Translations under genes and position numbers: made by a program | The notes under the pieces: model-generated | Databases searched by the model: none | What the model was told of the DNA's origin: nothing | Seen by the model: the letters and a program-made list of their open reading frames with translations, nothing else | In this document: piece by piece, positions 1-13,500 of the stretch | Position numbering within the stretch: the first letter of the stretch is position 1 | How the letters are laid out: every line of letters begins with the position of its first letter | Origin: Eledone cirrhosa | Lineage: Eukaryota | Direction: 5' to 3' | NCBI GenBank assembly: GCA_964016885.1 | Contig: OZ024741.1 | Location: 152,396,001-152,460,000 of the forward strand | Length of the DNA: 64,000 bases

Positions 1-404
1 TCATCAGTCCATAACATTCAGTCATATAAACTACAAACATCAATACATACACACACACATTTCTAAACAAGACTACTAATACACCATCATTACATTCAAC
101 ATCCCTTGACCATACCACCACCATTAACACCACAATCATCATCAACAACAACACCACCACTACATTTATCACCACCACCATCAACATTATTGCCAACATC
201 ACCATCACCACTACCACCAGACTTCAGTTGGGACAATTATGTTATTAGAACTAAACTTGTGTTATTGCAAATTTGGGCTGATGCCATATAAGGACATGGT
301 AACAGAGGTAGTGGTGGTGATGTCAGGGGTGGTAGTAGTGACGGCAGTGGTAGTGGCGATGGTGGTAGTGGTATATATACATAAATGTGATGCATATGAA
401 TGAT

Positions 405-612
405 GATCATTGGGTGAAGTGCCAGATGCCATAGGAAGGAAGCTGCAGTAGAGAAAGACTAAGGAAGACCTGGACAGAAATGGTGAGAGTTGATCTCAAA
501 ATGTTGAACCTCATAGGAGATGATGAATGATACAAAGTGTGGAGACACGCTGTGTTGGAGAAGACCCATCCAATACATCCATGCATGGAGAAACATAAAA
601 TGATAATCATGA
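405..612 (+). mobile_element. RTE-clade LINE 3' end remnant
   Basis: Degenerate GSCSRERLRKTWTEMVRVDL...WRHAV coding stretch followed by an ATG-like tail. Resembles the fragment at 23360-23800. Confidence 0.6.
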
Positions 613-846
613 TATATTTAAAATGATTATATATCAGGGCTTTATAGTAACCCTGTATTACATGGTACAGACTATGACTAAGAGGGCTATATAACAACCA
701 GCGTACTATTGTGAAGCTTAAATGAATATATTTGACATTGTCAATATGCTGTAAACATTCCAAGTTAAAACAATTTAGGAGGAAAAAAAAAAAAAAAAAA
801 AAAAAAATCAATTCTGCCTTCCATTCTACACAATATTAGTTTTAAG

Positions 847-1036
847 TCGGTGAATTGGCAGTATCGGTAGAGGGTCGGACACCATGCTTTGACGCATAGA
901 GTTACGGCCCTTGCCATTCTGAGTTCAAATCCCGCCAAGGTTAACTTTGCCTTTCATCCTTACGGGGTCGATAAAATAAAGTACCAGTAATGTACTGAGT
1001 AATTGCTGGCCTTGTGCCAATAGTAGAAACAATTAT
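847..1036 (+). mobile_element. tRNA-headed SINE, family A
   Basis: A-box-like TGGCAGTATCGGTAGAG, B-box-like GAGTTCAAATCCC, conserved core GCCTTTCATCCTTACGGGGTCGATAAAATAAAGTACCAG, tail GGCCTTGTGCC...AGAAACAATTATT. Dozens of intact or decayed copies occur in both orientations across the window. Confidence 0.85.
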
Positions 1037-2329
1037 TTTTAAGTATGAGAGTTATTGAGAATGTAAGTTGTAGGGGAGAGGAGCTGTGTAGCCTGAGCTG
1101 TGACTTTTTAAAATCTATTCATGGCATCAACAAACACACACACATGTGAACACATTTGACCAAAACAATCACGACCCCACGACACAAGAATAGAAAGAAA
1201 GAAAAACAAAACTTTCTTGTACTATATTGCTTATTACAGAGGAGAAATTTTATCAAGACAGTTGACGCCTCTCATTTGCTGTGCATTCATACTTTTAACA
1301 GAATTATATAACAAAAGCAACCCAAAAGTCTTCCTTCTTAATGAAGGAAGGCAGTTAACAATAACTGTATAAAGAACTAACAGATGTTTCTATTGCCAAC
1401 AATGTGTCACTTATCATTGGCTTAGCTCTGCTGACAATGGCTTCTAACTTTGGCACAGGGCCACAAATAGGTTGCATGTGTGTGTGTGTGTGTGTGTGTG
1501 CATGCAAACGCGCAAGTGTATATGGTTAATAGAAGAATTGACCCTGGTACATAGCTGGTATTTATATGAAAAGGTAAAACTAAGCACTACAAAGAATTGA
1601 TGCTAAATAATAACTAATTCAGGCAGAAGGTCAACAATTTGCAGGGAAGGAAAAGTCAATTATAGTGACTCAGTATGTGACTGGTACTTTATTTTATCGA
1701 TGCTGGAAAGGTGAAAGGCATAAGGGCCATAAATACATGCTACAAAGCCTTTATTTGATGCTCAATAATAGTAACGATGGTTTCGAAATTAGGCACAAGG
1801 CCAGCAATTTCTAGAGAGTGGGTAAGTTGATTGTTTAACCTCAGTACTTGACTGGTACTTTATTTTAACAATCCCAGAATAATGAAAAGCAAAGCTAACC
1901 TCAGCACGATTTGAACTTAGAATGTAATGTGCCATAACTAAATGCCATGGGGCATTTTGTCTGACACAGTTCTGCTAATCCACTAATAATAATTCTTTGT
2001 AACATTAGCACAAGGCCTGCAGTTTGGGGGAAGTTAGAAGTTAACTATATTGAACCCAGTACTTAACTGGTACTTTATTTTATCAACCCTGAAAAGATGC
2101 AATGTTGACCTCAGCAGTATTTGAAACCGAAAGCTAAAGGGATATAACTAAATACTACAAATGATTTTGTGTGAGGCACTAATTATTTTGCCAATCCACC
2201 ACTCTGATTAATAATAGCCTCTTTTATTGGTAAAAGAGCAACAAAAAGAGTTTACAAGAAATGAGGTTGAATTTACAGAAAAATCAGAAGAAAAGTAAAA
2301 GTAGACAGTATACAAAATAAACTAATGTT

Positions 2330-2570
2330 CCAATATCTTATACAGTATTTAAGATATAATATATATGCAGATCATTAAGATGTTCCCTGTGGGCATCAGG
2401 CCTTTTCAAATATTTATTATGTAAGGTATGGTATAATATAGATGAGCCACTGAGGAGTTCTCAGTAGGTCTCAGGTATTTTCAAATATTTATATGAAAGA
2501 TATATGATATATATGAGGGCCATTAAGGTGTTCTTTGTTGGCCTCAGGTCTTTTTCAAATATGCATAGAC
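2330..2570. repeat. Degenerate ~75-bp satellite-like units
   Basis: Recurrent cattgaggtgttctc...ggccttttcaaatatttatat units. Same family as 3500-3700 and 63200-64000. Confidence 0.65.
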
Positions 2571-3499
2571 TATGAGCAAAACTAAAGGAAAATCAAAAGT
2601 GGACCATTACAAAAAGTTGCTGATCGTAGTTCTAACCTAGCTGCTTTATGAATCATGAAGACAATATACATACTCCCCAACAAAATTGTTTATGACACAG
2701 GGGAGGGGGGGGGGACGTGTGTGTGTAGGCATGTATATATGAATACACATACATACATACATACATACATTCACACAGAGTTTAACAGTTAATGACATTT
2801 GCTTCTCAAGATGTTTGTAAAAATAGATAATATATGTGAATATTTGATAATGAACAATTTATGTTGTCAGTCAAATATGAATGTATATTAACGGTTTAAT
2901 AAAATTTCACAAAACTAAGTTCTTTCTGTCAGTAACAACATTATGGTGACAGGGAAAGATAATGAAATGTTAATTTAATAGTTTTAACGAACATCTGTGC
3001 AGATTATTTGATAGTTTTATTGAACGTCTGGAAAGATTATTTTTGACACATCATTAACTTATCAAGTAGTTTGAAATACTGAGTGAACAGATTTTAGGTG
3101 AAAGGGTGTTCCAACCATGACCATCCAGTCTTTTTAGTTGGTTTTATGACTACATTATCTAATGTTTCTTTCACATTTTTCAACCCTTTTGATAACAACC
3201 AACCCAAAACTGCCCCTGGTTCTACAATACAAAACTATTTTAAAATGTATACGTTTATCTAAAAACTGCCTTTTATAATTTTATGAAAGGACCTTAGTTA
3301 AGTTTGTTCCACTTAAAAAGTAGAAAGTTATATTACCAAGTTTCACCAAAATCATTATTATTTTCCAAATTCTTTGAAAATTAGTTAATGTCTTTCATTA
3401 TGAATATGGTAACAGAATGGTTAAGCCAATAAGATGTGAAATTTGAGATATTTAGCTGCTATTTCTAACAAGTGTGACCATGTAGATCGTGATCAGCAA

Positions 3500-3705
3500 C
3501 AGGTGGACCATTGAGGTGTTCTCTGTGGGCACCAGGCCTTTTCAAATTTTTATATGTAATATATGATATAATATACAGGTGAATCATTGAGGTGTTCTCG
3601 GCAGGCATCAAACCTTTTCAAATGTTTAAATGTATGATATATTAAAAATGTAAATCACTGCTATTTTCTGAGGGCTTTTTATATGTAAGATATATACATG
3701 TGGAC
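3500..3705. repeat. Degenerate ~75-bp satellite-like units
   Basis: gtggaccattgaggtgttctctgtgggcaccaggccttttcaaat... repeated about 3 times. Confidence 0.65.
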
Positions 3706-4499
3706 TGGGGCTAAAAATAAAAAAAGATCATCCCTGAGGCAGATGTTCTCTTTATTGTCCTGGATTTAAATTTAGTTGTCAATTTTCATAGGTTACTGAA
3801 ACTGTAGTAATAAAGATGGCAGAAATAACAGAAAAAGAGCGAATATTAAGAGGAAAAAAGTTGAAGTTTAACTGTGAAAATTAAGAAAAAACAAAACTTA
3901 TTAGGTCATCAACAGATTAAACATATTTAAATGTACAGGAGAAAAATGGGATAATCTCAGTTTGTGTGTGCACGCAAATACACACACAGTAGACACGGAG
4001 GATAGGAGAGGGACTTCCACAAGGCAGTGGTTGCGAGAACAAATTGGTATTTTGTAAATCACACATTTCGATTGCAATGTGTGTGTGTAGACTTTTTTTC
4101 TCAGGTTAGGGTTAGATTTATAGTTAGTTTTAGGATTAGGTTTTCTGTTTTCTGGGGAAAATGTCGAATACAAGCATCTAAGAAGTCCAGAAAAAAACAA
4201 GGAAAGATAATTATTTCCCACCAAATGTAAGAGATGTGTAGATCTGCTAAACTAATGGTCTATTCGTCCACTTTCGCCCTACTTTTTCTATAAATCTAGT
4301 TGTTTCCAACTGGATTAGAGGTCACATTTGATGATAACACACAGAAAAAAAAAAATGGTGAGAAAACTCAGAGGATGGGGGCTCCACCCCCTCCATTCTC
4401 CAGGAAAAAAGTCAATTGCCAGAATCTGGAGGTTGGATTAGCTGAAAGCACACGAAAAAAAACGAGGAAAAAAAATTCCTCGCTGAAATCGAGCAGGGT

Positions 4500-4539
<40 letters not shown>

Positions 4540-5090
4540 CTCTCTCACTCACTCTCTCTATTGTTTTGTTTCAGTCATTAGATTGTGGCCATGCCGGCGC
4601 ACAACCTTCAAGGGATTTAGTCAATCACATCGACCTCATTATTTATTTGTTCAACTACTAATTTTAGCAATCTCTTTTTGTCAAACTGCTTACTTACAGG
4701 GCATCAACAGTAAAGCCAGACACGCACCCACATACACACAAACGATAGGCTTCTACAATTTCCATCTACCAAATTTCATTCACAAAACATAGGTCAACCC
4801 AAGGCCATAGTATAAGACACTTGCCCAATGTGCCATGCAGTGGAATTGAACCCAAAACCAAGTGGTTGCAAAGCAAACTCCTTCACCACACAGCCATCTA
4901 TTTATGCTTGCAAAATGAGACACGAGTTCTCTTTACAGGTGTTTATATCTAGAAAAAAAAAAGCAAGGGAAAGAACTATTACAATATCAGCTGATCCAAT
5001 ATTTTCAAAATAATTTCTATGGTTGTATTGCAGTGTTTCATTTAGCATTAAGGTTCTACTAATATAAAAGCCTTGTGTATTTGTCCGTCA

Positions 5091-5425
5091 CATGGCTTAG
5101 TGGTTAGAGCATTGGCCTTGCAATCGAAAGGTTGTGAGTTCAATTCTCAGACCGGGTGATGTGTTGTTTCCTTGAGCAAGACACTTTATTTCACATTGCT
5201 CCAGTTTACTCAGCTGTAGAAATGAGATGATAGGGGCTGGGGTCCCTATCATTCCACTGCAAAGTGGTCGTGGAGGTGCCACGGCAAAAAGGCACCCAGC
5301 ACTCACTGTCAATGAGGTTGGTGTTAGGAAGGGCATCCAGCTGTAGAAATCAAGCCAGAATCAGTTCCCGTCCCACCCTTGCAAGCAGGGAAAAAGCAGA
5401 CGTAAATGAAATGATGAATGATGAC
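5091..5425 (+). mobile_element. tRNA-headed SINE, family B, with RTE-like tail
   Basis: A box TGGCTTAGTGGTTAG, B box GAGTTCAATTCTC, core CCTTGAGCAAGACACTTTATTTCACATTGCTCC, then GGTGTTAGGAAGGGCATCCAGCTGTAGAAA and an ATGA-type tail shared with RTE 3' ends in the window. Confidence 0.85.
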
Positions 5426-5444
5426 ACTAGAGATGACTGAGGAA

Positions 5445-5545
5445 AGAATGGGTGATAACGTCGAAAGAGGAAGGGGTGATAACGTCAATTGAGGAAGGAA
5501 GGGGTGATAACGTCAATTGAGGAAGGAAGGGGTGATAACGTCGAC
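5445..5545. repeat. ~28-bp minisatellite, about 4 copies
   Basis: gaggaaggaaggggtgataacgtcaatt tandem units. Confidence 0.8.
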
Positions 5546-5954
5546 TAAGGTAGGCACGGTGTATTAGTGTGTTTGTATCACTTGTGTGAGTGAGCACAAA
5601 GGAAGGAACCAACCAACCAACAAACATCTTTTTTAGATTATGGAGAGATATTACAATTAGCCGTCATTTTTGACGACACGAGACCAGCTAGTATTGTATA
5701 AATGTATTGTCTGAATAAATTGTTTTCACTAAAACAAGTTTAACAGAGCAAAACTTTTTTTCTTTTTAACAAGTATACAAACATTATTACATGTTGAAAA
5801 AAGTGTGTGTGTGTGTGTATATATATATAGTCTGCAGTACTGGGGCTAAGAAGACGACAAATCAAAGAAATACTCGATATATGGTAAGATGCAGAGTTGC
5901 CTAGCCCACGACCCTCTCAGGAATAAGTGGGAGAAAAAGAACTCGTGGTAGATC

Positions 5955-6400
5955 CTCTTCTTCGCCCACTTATTCCCTAGAGGATTGTGGGCACAGAGTC
6001 CCCAAACACTTCTTCCAGCGGGTCCTGTCAAAAGACACTGTATCCGACTGCTCCAGTTGGATCCCCAATCGAGACCAGCCAAGCTCATGGATGTTATCCA
6101 ACCATCTTGCTCCGAGTCTACTCCTGGGTCTCCTGGCGGTTGGTTTTGCTCGTAAAATCCATCCAGCGATTACTTCCCTGGGACATTCTAATTACATGCC
6201 CATAGTATCGGAGCTGTGATCTCTCAATTCGGAGAGGTAGCGGCTCTACCTGGAGTGATTCTCTGATCTCCGAGGTAGGCACTATCAATTAACGTTACCC
6301 CAAAGACTCTTCGGATGAACCCCATTTCGGCCGCTTGTATTTGAGATCGTATTCTTTCGGTTATTACCCAAGAATCATGACCATAGAAAAGGATTGTCAA
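5955..6400 (-). mobile_element. RTE-clade LINE 3' fragment
   Basis: Minus strand encodes YGHDSWVITE...IQAAEMGF...QLRYYGHVIRM. Its 3' end closely matches the end of the element at 50229-51858. Confidence 0.8.
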
Positions 6401-7092
6401 GAATATATTAGTGAAATTATATATATATATATATATATCATAATTATCATTTAAAGTCTGTTTTCATTGCTAGCAAGGGTGGACGGGTCGCCATTGTCAA
6501 AGACTTAATCGGAGCCACTGATCTTTCAGATGGGCCAGCGACCACATCTCTCGTACAGTATGCACCGTGTATTTTAATGTGGCATCAGTGCTAGGGATGT
6601 CGTCATAATACATACTTATATGTACATACGTATACACATATATTATACACACACAGAAACTCAATACACATACAATATATATATTTACACATCTGGAGAA
6701 TCGTTGTTCTATATGTGTTCGTACGTGTATTTGCGTATAGATGAATATTTATGATAAACATTACACTATGACACATACACACAGCTGCTAAATATATCAG
6801 TAAAATATCCTTCAAATCACATTCTTAAAGAATCTACTGGCTTTAGAAAAAGAGGAGAGGGTCACGGCCGGCACAGCTTAGTACATATTTATAGATATCT
6901 GCTTGATCAAAGCTAACAACAATTAAAAAGAGAAAGAGAGGCAGAGAGAGTAGAATAAAAACAGTGAAAGAGAGAGTGAGAGTAAAGGATAGAAACAGAT
7001 TGAGTGAGAGAGAAAGGAGCGAAACAGACAAAGAGACACGGGGGGGGGGGGGACTGCGACAAAATTAGAGAATGATCCGGAGAACAACTTAC

Positions 7093-7335
7093 ACTTTGGA
7101 TATTCCTTATAAAGTAACATCCACTGCTGCCCCTTGGACTAAGTTCTGGGTGAACGCCGCACTCGATGGCTGTTTCCGAGTCCCGGATCAGATGAGAAAA
7201 CTCCACGTCGTCCTGGAATACATTATTAGTAACTGGAGGTTCGGCATGTCCCTCTATCGTCTCGTAATCCTCCATTGAGCCACCGTTCTGCTTCTCATTC
7301 AGTATTTTCATTTTATCCCCCGTCCCAGCTGCCAT
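7093..7335 (-). CDS. PI4K2: Phosphatidylinositol 4-kinase type II, first coding exon, proximal diverged variant (1b), 81 codons
   Basis: ATG at 7335 (MAAGTGDK...). Translation ends FQDDVEFSHLIRDSETAIECGVHPELSPRGSSGCYFIRNIQS, colinear with exon 1a and the PI4KII G-loop. Canonical donor AGT|GTAAGT at 7093/7092, phase 0. No stops or frameshifts. Confidence 0.85.
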
Positions 7336-7599
7336 CCTGATTAATTAATGGCAGTAATTATTAATTTAATTATTAATGGCTGGCGGTGACTGAGTATGCT
7401 TGTTAAGCGTTTTCTCTCCTCCTACTCCTTTTTTTTTTTTTACTTGTGACGTTTTGTTTTCGTTAATATATGGACTTCTTTAAAATATGTGACTTTTATA
7501 TCGACACTCTCATATGCACGTGTATTTATGCATGTTTATCATTCAGCGTGCATAGCATTCATGCGTGTGTGTAGAACATGTGCTTGTATTTGTACACAC

Positions 7600-7656
<57 letters not shown>

Positions 7657-7992
7657 GCGTGTTATATAATTACTCCCGTTGTCCATCCGTTACTATTTAT
7701 TGTCTTTCGTGATCAGATATATGTATTATATGTAGAAGTGTGTTTGTATATTTTACTATAATACGCATTGATACACGCACATATATACACACATGAGAGT
7801 ATTATATATCTTGTCTTCTATAACTAATTCCTGTATATATAATTATATATCCATGTCGAGTTAGTGATCAACTGAAACTAAAAACAACAGCAGCAACACT
7901 ACTACCAATAACTACCACTAACAACACTAAAGCCCTTTCTTTCTCTTTCACCTTCACAGTGGATGTGGATGTGCGTGCAAGTGGTTATTCAT

Positions 7993-8027
<35 letters not shown>

Positions 8028-8653
8028 ACAACAGATGGTTGTAACACGTATATGTATGTTGTGAAGACTATCCCAGTAAGAAAAAAAATCAGACTGCCGG
8101 TTGTGGCTGTTTTATTGTGAAAATAATTACGTAGTCAGTCAAAAGTAGTAGTAGTGGTGGTGGTGATGATGGTGGTAGTAGTAGTAGTAGCAGCAACAAC
8201 AACGGCATGAGCAGGTCATCTACTTTGGTGGGCCCATTAATGATCCACAGAATAAACCATCCCATCAAGTGATCTCACTTAGACGAAATTTCTCAAGGAA
8301 AAACTTAAACAAAATGTCGTCGTATAAATATATGTCTATACACACATGCGTACAGATGGACACGTGTACAAGGACTGACTTTCACTTCTGGGTATTGAAT
8401 AACATTTTAATGAATTGTCTTGTTTTCGATTTTTCTCTCTCATCACCCTTATATTTACACACGCCCATATATATATATATATATATATATAGTAATAATA
8501 ATAAATTTGAAGACTAAAATCCAAAGAGGGCTCGATAAGGATAAATATATATCAAATATATAAGAACTGTCGAGCAAACATTTACTTTGTCAGTTTCAGA
8601 AGATCCCGTTAAGGGTGAAAGCAGCGATTCTTTGCTTAAACTTTAATCTGTTA

Positions 8654-8806
<153 letters not shown>

Positions 8807-9479
8807 CCACATATACACACGTGCGCGCACCTTTTTCTCCACATACAAGACTGCTCCAACATGTCCTTAGCCACAATGGCTAAACCAAACAATCGCACCT
8901 TTCCCACTAAGTACGCAACTTATCTTGAACCTACAAAACTTCAATTTAAAGAATATGATGTATTGTGAATATATACATAATGAAGGTGCGATTTATACAT
9001 GCATATATATATATATATATATACACACCTCTTCCTCTCCCTGCCGAAATAGATCAATATGAAAAGAGCACAACCACCCACAGAGCGCGAGTCGTAGAAA
9101 GGTATGTAGGTTAGAGATCAATGAAAATGTGAATAAAATAAGTATGTAGGTAGTAGGGTGGCAAAGAAGTATTTAATGGTGTCTCTGATGAGAGGAAGAT
9201 TTAATTAAATGGGGGCCGGGTATAATGTGTGTCAATATAGCACAAAGAGGTTATGCGGACCGGTCTCCAATGGGGAAAGGTAAATTTAAAGTATTATAAG
9301 AAGATGGAGGAAAGGAGTTGAGTACTTATTTTTATTCCGATTCCTATATATTGTGAATAACCCCACCAACCACACCCTTAGTATGACCATGCTTATAATG
9401 TCATAATCAACATCCCGCCTGGCATATAAAGAAATAATTATTATTCATTATTCCAAAATCGATAAAAAAAAAAAAAAAG

Positions 9480-10445
9480 AAAGCACCAATCAAGTACTAG
9501 GGTAAATTGAATCAACTTTCTCTTCCCAACAAATTGCTGACCACTGTTAAAAACCTAGAGCGTCGGACACCCTGCTACAGAGCATAGAGTTACGGCCCTT
9601 TACATTCTGAGTCCAAATCCCGCCAAGGTTAGCTTTGCCTTTCATCCTTACGTGGTTGATAAAATAAAGTACCAGTCGGGCTGGAGTCTATTTAATCGAC
9701 TTTTACTCGTCACCAAAATTGCTGGCCTTGTGCCTAAATCAGAAACCATTATTTATATAATCATTAATTCGTAGAATCGTTAGAGCGTCGAACCAAGCGC
9801 TTCAAGGCATCTAGTTGATTCCATTCGTTAGGGGCATTGTGGTATTTATTTAAGCTCACTGTGCCCTTGAGTTCAAATCCCGCAAAGATCAACATTGCTT
9901 TTCATCTTTCTGGAGTCGATAACAAAGAATCGGTCAAGTACTAGAGTCGATATGATCGACACTTCCTATTTTAAAATTACTGCCCTTGTGCCTAAAGTAG
10001 AAAATATTATGGTGACAGTGGCTTGGAGCATCGGTAAAGCGTCGGGCAAAATGTTTTACAGTATTTAGTTACAACTTTCTACGTACTGAGATCAACTTGC
10101 CTTTAATCCTTCCAGGGTCATAAAGCTCTAGTCATGTACTGAGGTCGATATAATCGACTTTCCCCTTCCCCCAAAATGCTAACCTCGTGCTAATGTTAGA
10201 AAGAAATATTATTTAGGCAACGAATTCACAGATCCGTTAAAGCTTAGAACAAAAATGCCTTGCGGTGTTTGTTCTGGCTTTCTAAACAAAACTTATAGGG
10301 CCGAGGTCAACTTTGTCTTTCATCCTTTCAGTGTCGATAAAATAAAGTATCAGTCCAGAGAAGTGGATTGGTGGAATGAGTAGTATCAGACGAAATGCCT
10401 TGCGGTATTTCTTCCGCCACTTTGCACACTGCGTTCAAATACCGC
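9480..10445 (+). repeat. Head-to-tail cluster of decayed family A SINE copies
   Basis: About 5 successive variants of the gcctttcatcc...gtcgataaaataaag core in the same orientation. Confidence 0.65.
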
Positions 10446-13299
10446 TTTGGCCTACTTGAGTGGGTAGGCTTAATCTGTCGCCCAGCTTAACACCGCACGT
10501 CGGGTGCTTTCAGCGAAATCCACTCTATTGCAAGCTTTGGGGACCGGAAGGTCTCCAATTTAAAGAGGTCATTAAAAAAAAAAAAAAGAGGTCTCAAATT
10601 GTTGCGGTGCGAGGAAAAGTCAGTCTAAAATTTTCGTGGGGCATGACCCTTCTGAGAAATAAGCAGTGTAAAATATGTGCGCGTGCACACACACGTGTCT
10701 GTGGTTTGACACACATGGTAAAGCGAGAAGATGGACACTATAAAAACCACCAATTTTAAACGACAGACAAGGGGAGATAACTTCCCAGCAGCAGCAGCGT
10801 AAAATATATTTAATTTTTTGAGTTCAGGATTGGTATGCTATATGGACAATCATATAAACCGGAAAATATGCGTTTTGTCCGAGTAATGGTTTACATAAGA
10901 GAAACCTTATATTTTACGTAGAAATTATTAAAAATAAGAATGAACATTGGAAACATTTTCTAGAATATAATTACATAAACACACGTGTATTATTATGGTG
11001 GATTGGCAGAGGGTCGGACGGCATGCTTTGCAGCATAGAGTTACGGCCCTTTGCGTTCTGAGTTAACTTTGCCTTTCATCCTTACAGGGTCGTTAAAATA
11101 AAGTACCAGTAATGCACTGGAGTAATTGCTGGCCTTGTGTCAAAAGTAGAAACAATTATTATGGTTGATTTTACTGATTTCAGTTATGCTGGGTTAGGTC
11201 TTTAAAGGGACTTAGTCGACCATATCAACCCTAGTATTTACGTTTTGAAAACTGGTACTTATTTTATCGATATATTTTTGCTGAAGTGCTAGGTTATAAG
11301 ACATGCCATGGTTTTGCAGTTTCCGCTCTACCAAATTTCACATGGTATTGGTCATGACAGTTGCTCAAGATGACATACAGTGTGACTGAATCCTGGTGTT
11401 AAAACAAACTAAAGAGATATTTATAAAGGTATGGTATTGAGTTCAGACTGCTGGAGGAGCTCAGGTATAACATAGGGCGATGCTGAAAATAGATTACATT
11501 ATTTACTCAACTGGTTGGTCGTTGAAAAAGGATAATTAGTAAGCTGTTAAATACCTGCTACCACTCTAAATAATTTACACTGTAGCATGGGTTAGTTGGT
11601 TGCTTACTTGCTTAGTTAGTTGGTTTTTGGGTCAATTTTCACTATCACTAACTCTGAATAACTTTCCTACTTTTATTTCATACTTCAATGGTTTTCAGTG
11701 CAAGTAGAACTTGTTATGGAAATTAAATGGAATCTGTTTTGTCCAGTAGAGATAGCCTACACAAGATTTGTCCAAGAGACTAAGGTTTTGAACCAAGGAT
11801 CAAATCGACAACAGTCCAATAACAACCTCCAATTTTCATCAGGATCTGACTGACTGAAATTAGTGTAGATGAAAATATAAGAAATGATGTTTCAGTTCTA
11901 AAAATGAGCTGATAAAGTCTCAAAACAATCTTATGAGCAACAACTAATCTAAGATATTTAGATCATCATCACTATTTTAATGTCTGCTTCTCATGCTATA
12001 GCATGGATTGGACAGGTTGTCACATTCTGAGGCTAGACTGATCAGATGATCATGTCTTGTTTATATATTCTATATTTGGCTTGGACTATGGCTGGATTAT
12101 TCCTAATGCCAACCACTTTACTATATAGACTGGGTGATTTTTATCATGGCACAAGCATTATCATTTTTATAGGGTGGACTGAATGCATTTTATTGTGCCA
12201 CCAGCATTACCACTTTAAAGAGTGGACTGGTTGCATTTTATCATAGTAGTAACACAAGAGGGATAGTTTAAATAATTGTTTCTACTTTAGGCACAATGCC
12301 AGCAATTACTCCAGTGCATTACTGGTACTTTATTTTATTGACCCCGTAGGGATGAAAGGCAAAGCTGACCTTGGCAAGATTTGAATTCAATGTAAAGGGC
12401 CGTAACTATGCTGCAAAGCATGGTGTTTGATGTTCTACTGATACTGCCAAGCAACAGCCCTTTTAAATAATAAGAAATAATTTTGGTCAATTTAGATACG
12501 GAAGTGTTTAATCTTTTCATTACCATATTTCTATAGAAATCTATTATATATGATTTTCAAATAGTTTTGAAAATAATCTAGAATTTGGAAAGATTTAGTA
12601 AGATAATGGCTTTCTCATTTTCTGATGTTTGAAAGAAAGGTTCTTACATAAATCATGAAGTTTTTTTACATTTTAAAGTAGTTTTTTTATCATATAAAAA
12701 ATAGGATGTGAACCTCCCAGTCCCAACAATCCCACAAACATACATAGATAAAATGGTTAATCATGATGAAAAAACAAAGATATAAGAGGTTACCAGATCT
12801 GTTATTTCTGCTTCCTTCTCTCTCTACACACACTTGACATTGTTATAAATAGGAAACAAGTTTTTCCTTTGTCATGTTTGGAAGTAGTAACAGTTTTTTG
12901 TTTTTTTAACTAAAATGTAAATGATTTGCATTTAAGTAAATGACATTACAGTTTAGTGTTATGCTAACTAATTATCACTGGTGTGTATGTTTCCTTGATT
13001 ACAAACACTACACTCACAGACTATAGAATATACATGTAACAAACTAGAACAATACACATGCAATAAACTACACACACAAACATATAACACCTATTTTTTT
13101 TAAATACTGGCATATGTATATACACAGGCATTCCCCACACTGAATTGTAAAGCCACCAACTATAGCCATATAGCCTCACTACTCTGAATACCATGTAAAA
13201 CTGCTAAAAGGATAACACTAACAGAAAATCAGCCATATTTTCACTTTAAAAAATACATCTATTTCTAACAGGAACTACCACTAATGCAACAGTCCCTGC

Positions 13300-13500
13300 T
13301 CCTCAAAACTGACTCATTCACCTTTCCTCACCCTCATTGCCCATGTTATGTTGAACAACCCAGGCCCAGCACTAATCACTAGGCCCTGTCCTTCCTGTTC
13401 AGAATGTTGGCCCTCTGGAATTCTGCCTGCTTCAGTCTTCCCTATAGCAGTAGACTTGCAACAGTTTAAGCAGAGCATCAACAAAATGGTCATGTAGAGC
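13300..13500 (+). mobile_element. CR1/Jockey-group LINE 3' remnant
   Basis: Degenerate SFLFRMLALWNS.PASVFP...DLQQFKQSIN, typical of the ORF2 C-terminus of CR1-like LINEs. Confidence 0.5.

Noticed and set aside
5091-5155. tRNA gene-like sequence with A and B boxes
   Set aside because: It continues directly into a repeated SINE core, lacks a proper acceptor stem and has many decayed copies. It is a SINE head.
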